A DNA stretch of 64,000 nt from Tubiluchus corallicola (Eukaryota > Animalia > Priapulida), in NCBI GenBank assembly GCA_030141605.1, contig JAQGDQ010000007.1, forward strand, positions 855,173 to 919,172, read 5' to 3'. The notes below the pieces were generated by a model that was not told the origin of the DNA, ran no database searches, and was given only the letters and a program-made list of their open reading frames with translations. The position numbers and the translations under genes are program-made. Below, piece by piece: positions 52,001 to 64,000 of this stretch (position 1 is the first letter of the stretch; every line of letters begins with the position of its first letter).

Positions 52001-55000
52001 TTTTTCATAGTTTTGAACATGTGAATTTAATAAGCCTTTTCACAGTTTTGTTGTACTCACGCGTCATCATTAATCGCTGGAACTGCGAAAAGGTTAGTTC
52101 GCTGAGAAGACGCAAACGGATTTAGCGCTGCGATGTTTTGGACTTCACAAACAAAGATCTTATTGTCACTCTTTCACGTTCAATAATTTTTACTAGTTAT
52201 TATAATATGTGAAAACTAAATTTTAATATCTGCCTCAGAGAGAGAAGACGAACAAAAATGAGAGAAATAAGCTGTCGAGTCTCGTTCTGAAAGTTATATT
52301 TTAATGCAGACCGTACCTGTATTTCTTTGCCGATGATTTTGAAGGTCATACCAAGCTGTCCAATTCGGTAGTTGAATCTGAGTATCTTCAACATCTTACA
52401 AGTGGAAACAAATACAAGAATTGATAAACAGTAGTTGTAAACTTCATCCCACTGAGCGATGTTTCCAAAGTTCACATAGACACCTAGAAAATTATGAAAA
52501 AATCATACAGACGCAGTTATCAAAACATCAGTGGCCTGCAGATAAGATATGATAAATCTTGTTTGTATTTAATGTCGATTATTTACGTAAATAACACGAG
52601 TAGTTAGAGCTCTACATCAACTTACATATAAATCAATTGAAAAAATAAAATACAAACATCAGCAGCGTGCAACATTTGCAGTAACTAAGGGGCACTGGGG
52701 GTCATGGCGGACCCCCTGCCGACGCAGTCTCAAGGTGAGTCTCGAAAGCTCACGCTCCTACTCTCGTCGAGGCTGATTTGTATAATTTTCAAACTGTAAT
52801 TTTTTGTTATCGTAATGCGATACTCATTATGTATATAGTTCGAATGTTTCGTGATACAAATCAGCCAAGTAAAAGATCATTGAATTGAACTGAACTGAAT
52901 CGAATTGGACGATGTATGTTTGAGAGTATTTTAAAGACCTAAAACGGGATTTAAAATAGAAGAATTGCCTTTTCAAATGCCGCCAAAAATCTATTTGGTC
53001 TATAAAAGGTCTGTTTTAGTTAAATTTACTTATGTAATGGCATTACTGATAATATGGTCCAAGGAAGGATCTCATACTTTCAGTACACAGAAAAATTGTA
53101 TTGTTAGTTGTTGTCCACTTTTTAAAACTGCAACTCTAGTTACAGAATTTGAACAAGTTGTCCACTTGCCATGATTTTCAGTTTCTGTTACACAAACTTA
53201 GGTTTAAAAAATTTTTAAAACTTAGAAACGCAATGCCATTACTTCCTGCAGGTTTTCCTTATGTATGATATACTAAATCTACAGATTAGCAGCCGTGAAC
53301 GAACTACTAACCTGATTCATGCTTATTCAGTATGTAAATGGCCAGTTTGGTAAACGCCATTTTAGCTCCATACATTCCAATGCAAATCAGACCCAACACA
53401 CACATAAGGAATTCCAGCATGCTCCAGAAGTTCGTAAAATAGTGTTTTCTCAACCGCCAAGCCAACCTGAACTCGTGTTGGACATAGTAGCAGATGAATA
53501 TGATGTAGATAGTTTGGCAAATCAACACAAAGATGGCATAACCACCGATGTAATTGTGCAGTCGATAGACGCGAACCTGCTCGTAATTGAACGCACCACC
53601 CATCTTGCTGTATTCTACCGCTAGGGTGGCGCTAGTGAACATGTTGATGTTGGCGCTGTACACGGTGAATTCTATCAACATAACCTTCGTGCGATCATCA
53701 ATCCATCCCTTGCTCATGACGTCATCGATGAGTCCTCTAGCGGCATCGCGAGTGGGAGGGAGATCCAAGACATAGCCTCCTCCGAGGTAGGTGTCAATTC
53801 TTCCCACGAATGGTAGACTTTTCAATTCAAATGCACTTTGGAAAACCCATGGCGAAGGTTTCCACTTCCGCTTGTGGTCATCGTCTGCCAGATCTTCTTC
53901 TTTTTCATATTTTTCTATCTCGGTCTGGTTCATAGGTATCCATCCTGGATGATAATGTTCTTCGTCATTCTTACCCCAACAGTCTTCAACAACTTCACTC
54001 GCAGTATCGCCCTTACAAGGTCCTGCAATAAAACATAATTGCATAAAATTGATTTACTAGCTAGAGCTTTATTAAAGGAAGAAATATCGCAAATGTACAG
54101 AGCACTTAATATACGAGAGTTTTCGCTATTAGAAGCTAGAAAATTCCTTACTGTAAGATTAAAAAAAACGTATGCATCACCTACAAACTTTCCTGTTTAT
54201 AAGTACGAAGGACTAGTTACTAAAGAAATTTGTGTTTTAAATCTTTTAACGAATGATTTTTTTCTTGAAGAAAAGCTTGTCTTTTCTTAAATTTATGTTT
54301 TATCTTCCAATCCGAAGAGTTCTTGTAACTGACGACGGTAGAGCTTGCTTTTTATATGCTCGTGAACTCTGCAAGGTGAATTCAACGCAGAGCATTTGTA
54401 ATGTAAATTGGTTAGGCGGGGTTGGAATCTAATTCATTATAAAGGATGAAGCTCTAAGATGAAAGACTGAAGAGGTAGAAGACGTGTACCTCTCCTTCTG
54501 ATTGAGGTGAGCTGCTGGAGCAGTGTGGCAGATGAAGTAGCCAACAATTGGTTTTTTCTTGCAGTCACCCATCTATTTATACAGATTCGGTTTTGCCTAA
54601 TTTTGACCACTCAGCAACTACTCAGGTATTTTTCATTCAAAATTCAGTCGTTATTTGTTCTGCCATTTTCTTCTCCAGGTATTATTCATATTTTTTCATT
54701 CATGCCATTTCTTATTTTCATTGTTTTCTTTCTTTTGCCTTTTCTGCCCTTTGTCTTTGCTTTATCTTTCTTTTCTGAATTTTGGTGTTATTTTATTAAG
54801 TAATATTTTTATAGAAAAATTCATCTAAACGCACCAGAAAGTGAACGCATTGCTTTACTGTGTGCAGTTTATAAAAGGAAAAACTTATATGATAGCAGTG
54901 CTACTAGCTTAATAGGTGCTTATAATACAAATCTACTCTAAGATCATTATATGAAAGTAAACAGTTTTGCAAGTCACAAAAAACTTACTCCTCCTGAATC

Positions 55001-58000
55001 GTTGAGTTCGGAGCCTGATTAATCCAATACGGAACAGCTCTCGGTTTTTCGTATACATCTCATCCTTCTTGCGTATCTCTGAGCCGTTGTACCAAGGACC
55101 AGCATACATTGCATCAACTAAAGTTGTGTTTAACCATCCCCATGTGTCGTCCCATTTACCAATCTGAAACAGTGTGTCTAGTTTACGCATTTGAGTTTCT
55201 CTGTTTCCCCAGAATAGACAGCCAATAAAGATCTGGTGGTAGAAAGTTTCTCGTGTTGAAGTTTAGTGGAGTTAAAGTTTACCGGATCATAACTATATTT
55301 CGCACAATTTACGCATTTAAAAAACGATAAAATAGGCAAGTAGCAATTTTCCCTCCCACTAGGGGAGAACACATATCAGTTTTAAAACTGTCTGTTTCAA
55401 ACCTAGTCTGATGTTACAACTTCAATAAATTGTGTTTAAACCAAAAGTTGCAATTTTAATAAACACAAAATCCGCGATGTTGATTTGCATAATTTTGCCT
55501 TAGGCGTGGATAAAGGACATTATAGTTCTGCATCATTTTTCTCAGCTTAAATATTAAAATCTCGCCAGATAGTGCTTTAGTGAACTACAGCTTGATGAGG
55601 TATGTTGTATGGCCTTTCTAGCTTGCGTCCAGTGATCTTAGATTTGCGCGCTAAAATATTATGAGTTCTAGCCAGATAAAGAGTAAGCCGTGAGTTCCAG
55701 GAACTCCATCTTGGTCACTTTCATGTTCAGCCTGAATGAACCTGTTCACTCACACCTCTAGCAAAGAAAACTGGCCAACTAACCTAACTTAATGATAATA
55801 AAATTCACCAGATACTGTCATCAAATGTTTGTGGGAGCCTCACAAGCGTGTTGTCAGGTCTGGCAAGTTTTATTCTGCATTGCAAGAAAAACTTAGTAAT
55901 AAAAAAACTTAGTGAACGCGTTTTATCCTTCTATTTTTAGGTAAGAACTATGAAGCGGGAAGTGTTCATATAAAAAGATTAGTGCTAAAATGATGCATTA
56001 TTGCGAATTTAATGAAATTTAAGTGCAGTCTGAATATTTAGTGCAGAAATTTATTAGTTTTTATGATATTTTTACTTCAATTTATTAGCTCGTAAAGTAA
56101 ATGAAAAGTTTGTCGTAAAGGTTCATCTAGCCTCTTTAACGAATGCAACTAATTACAATTTACAAGTTAATACTAAACATGTTACATAAAAGTTGCATCA
56201 TTACATTACATTACATTATGTACAAGTAACTAGTAACTTACAATTGTAATTACATTACAAATTACAGTAACTTACATTATGTACAATAGCATCGTCACCT
56301 CCAGATTCCCCACCAATAATGTACATGTTCATACCGTTATCAGAGTCATCAAATACAAAATTTTCTCTTACAGCTTTCGTCATCAAAAAGCAAGAATCGT
56401 CCCTTTATTAAGTAAAAAAGAAAACAGCGTTGTGTTAAGTAAACCGGTTAAGTAATTCTTTCATGTCAATAACTTAATTTTTATCTTTTTTGGAATGGTA
56501 ACTGCCACGGGTGAGGGTGAGCTGCCCTTGGGGGTGAGCCGGCGGCATTTTACCAATTGGCACGAACATTTTAAATTGTAAGCGAAAAGTAAGGTAAGCA
56601 ATGCTAAGTAATATAGAATTGCATGGAAAGCTTTTTAATTTAACATTGCCTTTTCTTCCCCTGATTTACGTTTGCGTAGGTGACGTCATGTAATGGCGAC
56701 TTCGGAACAGTATTGCGGGACATTTAAAACGAAGCCAAACAAACATTCCTTTAACGCGAGTACGATATATGCATAAAAATAATGTAAAGTAATGCATGTA
56801 AGGCAATATCATTTTAAGACGCTTTTTCTGAAACCTACTTCAGATACTCATTTTGCTTTCAACACCGACTTCGTGGCTGATATTGGTGACTTGACGTCAC
56901 ATCTGCCCTCGTAAAAGCAAACGAATGCAAGACTTAATGCCTTGCTATAATTATGTATTTCTGTTGTTAAACAGTTTACAAACCCTAATGAAAAGAAAAT
57001 GATCCTTAAATTTAACAGTTTTCGACCAACAAACAGGAGAAAATACCATTTTATTAAATTATATTAATGAGCAGCTGCTTTCTTACTTGTTGTGGTGAGC
57101 AAGAATAACCAGAGCGAACAAGAATAACAGGTATACGATTATTTCTCTCATTATTGCTTCAGCCTTCAGTTCTTTCAGTCGATTTGCTCTCATTTTGTCC
57201 AAGTCGGCACTAGGTGGCGGTAGGTACTTGGAGGGATCCGTTCCTAATCGCGTTCTGTGAAGAGCATCAGCTGAAACGTTTCATTTATTTCATGTGATTT
57301 GAAAGTTTCAAGTGAATTTTGAAACGACTCAGGATTGAATAGTTATTTGTTAAAACTAAAATGCGTAAGACTAAAAGCAAAGGGCAGATTTATCTTGATG
57401 ACAATTACTATGACGACGACGAATGACAATGATGATGACGATAATGACGATGATGGCCGCGATGACAACTATGATTGGCTTTTATTTCAGTATTGTATTT
57501 GTATTTTATATGATCTCAGTTACCGGAATAAAAATTTGAATGAACTGAATGTGATAAAGATGACAATGAAGAAGATGATTATGATGATGATAAGGGTGTC
57601 AACGATAACGGTAATAAAGATGGCGAACATGATGGCCAAGACGACGCTGACTATAGTGATGTTGATGACACAACAATAATGTGATTGATATTGACTGATA
57701 ATGAAAGTCACGGTGACTGTCCCTATGATAAAATAGATAGTAATCATGACTAGCGTTGTCATTGTTTTGTGACAGAATTTCTAACAGACAATTACGTTTA
57801 GTAACTCCTATGAGTTCTTCATCTGGTCCTGGCGTTGCATTAATAATTGGTTCTGAGTCATCTTCCTCTGTTATATCTGGCTTCTTCAGTATGTAAGACA
57901 ATATCAAAGCAAGAGCAAGGACCTGCAAACAATGGCATTGATGAGTTGAGCAGGACTTCATCTTCTATAAACTTTAAAACATGAAATTAAAAACATTAAT

Positions 58001-60444
58001 GTTTCTGAAAATTCCCCCCTCTCTCTCTCTCGTTCGCTCGCTCGCTCTTTCTCTTTTTGTCTGTGTCTGTCTCTGTCTCTCTCTCTTTCTCTCTTTCTTT
58101 GATCTGGTTGAATGTTCTGTGGTGTAATGGCTAACGTTTTAACGTAGCTGCTCGGAAAGCGGAAGGTCTTGGGTTCAAATATCAGTGCGGTACAGATATT
58201 TACAAGCTTTCTAATTTCGTATTACTTTTGGGCGTTTATACGACCTGCCTCTCTTCCTTTCCTCCTCCTCCTCCTCTCCTCTTTTTTCCTGTCTTTTTTC
58301 CTCGTCCCTCTCTTCCTATTTCTCTTCATCCCTTTTCTTTTCCTTTCCCTTTTTTCATCTTCTTTCTTCTTTTCCTGCCTCCGCACTTTTTCTCATTCTG
58401 TCACCCTTCTTTATCTCCTCTGTCTTGTTATTATAACAGAGACATACCTTTATTGGCTGGACAAACACCACAGACTCTAAGAAGGATAGAACCATAGCCG
58501 TGAGCCATTCTGCTGATATTTCTTGTCCCCACTCCATACTGTACAGGATGACAAAGAATCCAGAAGCTACAATATCACATAATAGAATATGAACCGTTTC
58601 ATAGTTTCACAAAGAGCACTTTCTCAAACGTTACAATCGCTTGCATTAACATTTAATTTTGAAAAATAATGAGATTAAGGCTCTATTACTTAACAATTAG
58701 ACAACTTTATATTTTGAGTAGTCATAGACTAGAGAATCAATTGCAACTGAAATAGTGAAAATTTAGACAAGTGTGCCACCTTTCAGAAAATTAAATTGGA
58801 AGTAAGAATTTTTGTTGTTCAACATCCTAAAATTGGTTATTGTTTTGAGTGGGTACAAAAAGGGATATGCTGTCAAAAGAGGGTTAAGTCCGGGAATTAT
58901 CTGAGCTTTAAAATTTAAACTTATTAAAATCTTATGCAGTTAAGTCACAACATAATTTGAAGGTCGGAAAAATCAGATGATTAATAATACATTGGCGGTG
59001 TTAAGTATTTTGCTGCTGTGCAATTATTTTGCAATGAACAGCTGCATTTAAAAATAATTATAGATTTAAAAATGTGATATTAAAAATATGTTGTTTTTTG
59101 TTGTTGTGTAACAATCCAAAATGTATCGTTTTTGTTTCAACCGGATTTTCGATCTTTTGCACTGGAGTGCCCTCTAGAACATGCTAATCATTAGCTAAAC
59201 ATACTTATTATTGATAAGAAGACGCTGCACCAAGCTACGTAGATGACCCAATGTGGATAGAGCTTGTTCTTCTTCTTCTTTGACTTCTTTACCGCATATT
59301 TGCCACTGTCTGGTTCAGCATGCAGATTGTGAAAGTCAACTGTCCTCTTTACATTCTGTAGATAGTTAAAACATGGTAAACTGGCTAAATTGCTTGGATT
59401 ATTTATTACTGTATGATTTGACTCTTTTTACACGTGATCATGTACATTTAAATACATTTGTGAGGGATTCTGTCATCTAGTAAGGTTTCACATGTTATAC
59501 ATCGAATCAGAATATGAAAGAGCTCTCCTGAGACTTGCCATTTTAGCTTAAGAAAACGTTGAATGCGGTTGTAGTCTCAAAATATTTTTTTATTTCTTAC
59601 AGAAGCGTTCAGCTTAGCGTACTTCATCAGCTGCATAGACCGAGCTGCTAGCCTCAGCTGCATAGACTAAGAGTCCCCCTAAGAGTGAAAGCAGCAGACT
59701 TTCAGGTTCGCAGCAGGGTCTGTGCAGCTGATGAAGTCTACTAAGGTGAAAGCTTGTGTAGGAAATAAAAATATAATTATTTTGATACTACAAGGTCATT
59801 CAACATTTTCGAATCAGAATACAAAAGTTCTTCATGTATATACAGGATGTCCCAAAAGTCTGTATCATATTAATATTCCATGATTGTGATGTGCAGAGAA
59901 TTTGAGGTAGTCAGGTCTAATGTCACAATACATGAGCGCTGATCGTCTGGGTTGAGGAAAAATTATGGACTGTTGACTCACATTAGGCTGATCGAGGCGA
60001 GTGCAAAGGAGGAATGAGTCGATCTGGGATGTCCTAAGTGAATGGACACTTAACAGACTTGGTTTCTGATAGCTAATGGGCTGGAGCATAAACTGAACGT
60101 GCGTGAGAAATTGATTGGTGATGGGAAAATCCTCCAGAGGCAGGGCTGAATTACCCTATACAGGCAACTATAGGTTTTCAAGCTTGGGTGGCATACTTTG
60201 CATTGTTGAATAATTCATATAATTTAAAATAAAATTTCACCTTTAAGAAAGAGGTCAGTTAGTCTGAACCTATTTTATTTAACGTGGCTATTCATTTGAG
60301 ATAAAAGATGCCTGTTTGAGGTCTTTTATTTGAGACATTTTATTTTTGCACTGTGGAGAGACTAGAATCAGGTGCTAGTGTTTTGTTAATCCACTTTTAA
60401 ACAAATAAAGAATATAAAAAAAAACTAAATAAATAAATAAATAA

Positions 60445-60506
<62 letters not shown>

Positions 60507-61015
60507 TTGAGACAAAGGGCCCTTGTCTGTTGTCCTTTATTTGAGATAAGGGTCCGTCTTTGAAGACCTTTTTTTGAAATATGGGGCCCCTAGCTCAGCA
60601 AATGTTGCTAAAATAGATCACAAGTCAAAATATTCGAGACGAGTGCGAGCAAATTAGAGGGTGGCTCCCTCTGTGGGAAGCCCCATAATTTCTTTAGCCT
60701 AGGGGCCTCAAAAGATTATAAGCTGCCCTGCCCACAGGCATTAATCAGAGAATGAATTTGTTCGAGTAACATAACTTTATTTTTTCTGTCATTTGGCATT
60801 GTACTACTTGTAAGTTTACAATTTAGTATTTGTTTTATTCGCTTTTGACAAAGTGGATTTTTTGTAATTCTTATACAATATATTTTACTAGGTGGATTGT
60901 TGCGTGTTCATGACCATGTTACAGTCGAAACGTGGCAGAGGAGCGGACGTTTGTGTTGAATAAAAACTATGCCTTTGCTTAAGTGGATGCAGGCTGTTAT
61001 TTTCATTTTATGAAC

Positions 61016-61046
<31 letters not shown>

Positions 61047-61050
61047 TGTG

Positions 61051-61123
<73 letters not shown>

Positions 61124-63720
61124 GCGTGTGTATGTATGTATGCGTTTGAAAAGACGGTGTTGATTCTGAGAAACTTGAATAAAAATTACATTAAATGTTA
61201 TTACAAAGTGTTAAAAAATCTGGAAATAAATTTATGTATGATTCCAAACTACTGGGATACCGTGTAGTTTTACTAATTTTTTGAAGAGAAAAACCAATTA
61301 ATAGCAGTGCAGTAGAACCTGGATGAATCCCGAAAATTTGGATTTTTTCCCATCAAACCACAAAGAAGCCTCGGGAGTGGTAGTCTTCCATCTGAACTTC
61401 TTCTTTTGTCCATCTGGCATTGTGCAGGCGATTTCATTGCGCTTTGGTCGAGCCTGAAACAATAAAGAAAAATTAGTCAGTAATGATAATAGTACAGCAG
61501 TAATTTGTCAGCCTGAGAGAAATAAAGTTAAGTTCACGGTGCAGGAATTAAATCCAGTATCGTATTATGTCTGCGTGCAATTATTACGACAGCTGACTAT
61601 AGCAGCCCCAGGTTCAATTTCGGACTACCGAAAAACTTTTCTTTCCTTCTAATAATTGCTCATACTTTTTCTAAACAGCAAAAAATATTAAAATATATTA
61701 GAAATCGAATCAAGTGATTATTAAAGACTGCACAAATTTGTCACTTTCTAACATTTAAATTGATTGCTGTCACATAAACGTTATAGTAACTAATAGTACA
61801 GCTTTAGAGACAGGTAAGTTATCACAACATTTTCGTCGGTGACATAAGCTCTTCTAGCTTGCAGTTACATGTTTTCTTACATCGACGTAAAATAAATGTT
61901 TAGCCCATCTTATCTTGTCTTTAATCTTTTGTTAGACTAAAATCGTTTAGTTCTTTAAGCTAAAGAATCGTTAACATCATGTTTACAGTCCTGTGCAAAA
62001 GTTTACGACTACCCGTCCAAAATATGATTTTTTTCATTTCTAGGCTTGTGATTGCATCGTATTTAGTTTAGCATCATCCCATAACATCATTCTAATCAGC
62101 CATAATTAACAACCAATGCTCATTGAGTGTATTGTCCCTTTTCTCAAGTTTTTCCAGTGTTTAAATAATTCGATTTAATCTCACCTTTCGGAAGAGTTGA
62201 ACTTGCAGGACGTTTACAGGTAAAACCACTAGAGTGGAGATGAAGCTGATGTAGATTTGTGCCAAGGTGAACGAAAACGGACCTAGTCGCAAACTGGATA
62301 CCTGCAAAATAAGTGGTACTAGTTTGGAACTGCATCGGTTTTTCTGGAAACTTCCGCCTCTTGATATTTTCACGTCGCCTAGTGCCTCATAGACGAACTG
62401 ATTAGCTAATCAAGTGATTCAAAAAAGTAAAACAAGGACAAATGCAAGAAGAAACAGCTGGTGGATACGTTAAATAGTGTTTTTATATCTTTTTAGAATA
62501 AAATTCCAATTTAATAACAGAAATCATCAACACTACTCACTAGTAATGCAGCAAAAGGAAACATTACTTTATTACTGGACCTCTGTTTAGCCTTGGATGG
62601 GTCTCTCAACCATACACCAGTATTACCATGCAAAATTTGTTGATATGTATTTTCATTTATGGAAAAAATATAAATAATATAATAATACCATGATCTGTGC
62701 ACGATGATGGCTTTGACCAGACACATGGTCACACACCCGTTGTAATCCCGTGTACCATGTTGAGTTCATTAGACAAATATCTTTCAGAAAGAAAGGAATA
62801 AATTTCCAAACTTTGCCATCGGTTTGATAGTTGTAGCACTATTTAGTCTTTTGTCTAATCTTGTTATAGTGTATTATGTTATTATGATGTGTCTTTTGTT
62901 AATTTCTTACTGTCTGCAAACATTAGCTTTTAATATTATTTCCGTTAAAGGAAAAGCTAAGTTTTCTGAGAGCGGGCTTATTTCAATGCTAGAAGGATTT
63001 AGTAGTAACAGTGTGATAAGCGCCTAGTGTGATTAGTGAAATCACTTTAAAGTGGCGATCATTTCACATGTCATTTAAACGACGGTGCATTCATTTAACA
63101 TTTCATTCAGTATTAGCAAGAGAAGACAAGGAAAATGACCTCCAAGGTTATGGGTAAACACCTTTCTTTGTATTTATACTGGCTTAAAATTGGCTGAGGA
63201 ATTTTCTCATGTACACAGAAACGTTATACTTTTATACTTCAAAATAGAGCTAATAAATTCAACATAAGCACCTGTTCCACATTCTGTTCTTGTCCATAGA
63301 ACATAGCGTTAGCAATCATCGTACAAAAGAGCAACGAAACACAGCAAGAAATTCTTTGACATCGTGTAAAATTACTCTTAGTTGGCCTGCAAAATAGAAA
63401 AAAAATCGTAATTTTATGAAAATTTCTGAAAAATTCAAATAATATTCAGATATGAGATGATTGCAAGATGTTTATGTAATAGTTTAACGTTGTAACTTCT
63501 TATAATCAATAACTGTAATGACTCAGAAGTTATGACTACTGTCATATACCTTGAAAATACAGAAAACCAAAGATGTCCATCCGTCAGCTTCTTCCTCACG
63601 GTTGTGGAGAACAAGTAGCCAAGGTTACTAGCATCATCTTGATGAGTTGCTGCCAGTATGCGGTCAAGTCGCCCGTCTCCCTCTTCTACAGCCAACCATT
63701 GATCACAGATGAACAAGTGC
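49004..63720 (-). CDS. Polycystin-1-like (PKD1L/PKDREJ family) protein, 3' part; the gene continues beyond the window end
   Basis: Exons (-): 63720-63550, 63386-63272, 62301-62185, 61453-61319, 60092-59982, 59355-59205, 58566-58448, 57922-57796, 57270-57087, 56402-56276, 55163-54989, 54022-53312, 52483-52317, 51272-51056, 49179-49004; phase-consistent. End of PLAT domain (FICDQWLAVEEGDG), HLWFSVFSRPTKSNFTRCQRISCC, TOP/polycystin domain (YLGGGYV, WIDDRTK..IEFTVYSANINMF) and channel TMs (FVSTCKMLKILRFN, LGPFYF). The final exon is less certain. Confidence 0.9.
49590..49700 (-). mobile_element. tRNA-derived SINE head
   Basis: Minus strand TAGTCTAGTGGTAAAGCG (A box) ... GGAGGTCGTGAGTTCGATAC (B box) ... 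GGCCGGGTTATACC. Confidence 0.6.
57400..57770. repeat. Degenerate (GAT/GAC)n trinucleotide low-complexity tract
   Basis: GATGATGACGATAATGACGATGAT and similar runs; intronic. Confidence 0.75.
58113..58195 (+). mobile_element. tRNA-derived SINE head / tRNA pseudogene
   Basis: TGGTGTAATGG (A box) ... CTCGGAA ... GGGTTCAAAT (B box); the stems are disrupted. Confidence 0.5.
59552..59810. mobile_element. Second palindromic insert with paired degenerate hammerhead motifs (same family as 42031-42208)
   Basis: Inverted arms carry TGCAG-CTGATGA-AGTCTACTAAGGT-GAAAGCTT (+, 59723-59755) and TGCAG-CTGATGA-AGTACGCTAAGCT-GAACGCTTCTGTA (-). A 13-bp direct repeat TCGAATCAGAATA lies at 59502 and 59809. Confidence 0.7.
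60141..60730. mobile_element. hAT-like non-autonomous element
   Basis: Ends CAGGGC...GCCCTG with imperfect 8-bp flanks TCCAGAGG / CCCACAGG. Confidence 0.5.
61016..61143. repeat. (GTGC)n/(GT)n microsatellite
   Basis: Direct inspection. Confidence 0.95.
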
Positions 63721-63780
63721 CTATTACAGGTGAAAAAGTAGTTTCTATATAATATTTCGAAACAATAGATAGCAGTGTAA

Positions 63781-64000
<220 letters not shown>

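Noticed and set aside
54507-54803. Hydrophobic + strand ORFs (also 57335-57762, 58169-58497)
   Set aside because: Low-complexity T/C-rich or GAT-rich intronic sequence.
58113-58195. Functional tRNA gene (also 34165-34245, 49590-49700)
   Set aside because: A/B boxes are present but acceptor and anticodon stems do not pair; treated as SINE heads.
61985-62015. Tc1-like TIR start TA|CAGTCCTGTGCAAAAGTTT (also TA|CAGGATGTCCCAAAA at 59841)
   Set aside because: No matching opposite terminus found, so a complete element cannot be supported.

Overview
AT-rich eukaryotic (bilaterian invertebrate-like) genomic DNA with spliced genes; the species cannot be identified from the sequence. Four protein-coding genes can be reconstructed with GT-AG introns and consistent phases. 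(1) A two-exon TRIM71/lin-41 (+, 834-3474) is followed by a long putative 3'UTR with four let-7 8-mer sites and a miR-125/lin-4 8-mer. (2,3) Two tandem, 17+ exon GABA-B-receptor-like class C GPCRs (-, ~9.7-24.1 kb and ~29.8-43.2 kb) lack key GABA-binding residues and the C-terminal coiled coil. (4) The 3' part of a polycystin-1-like (PKD1L) gene (-, 49004->63720) runs off the window end. Introns and intergenic DNA hold many repeats: a Tigger/pogo-like MITE, an AcademX-like relic, a ~2.5 kb element with ~600 bp TIRs, a solo-LTR-like insert, tRNA- and 5S-derived SINE heads, and mini/microsatellites. The least expected signal is a family of palindromic intronic inserts (42.0-42.2 kb, 59.55-59.81 kb) carrying back-to-back minimal type-I hammerhead ribozyme motifs of the Penelope-like kind. 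All homology calls come from motif recognition by eye, not from database searches.
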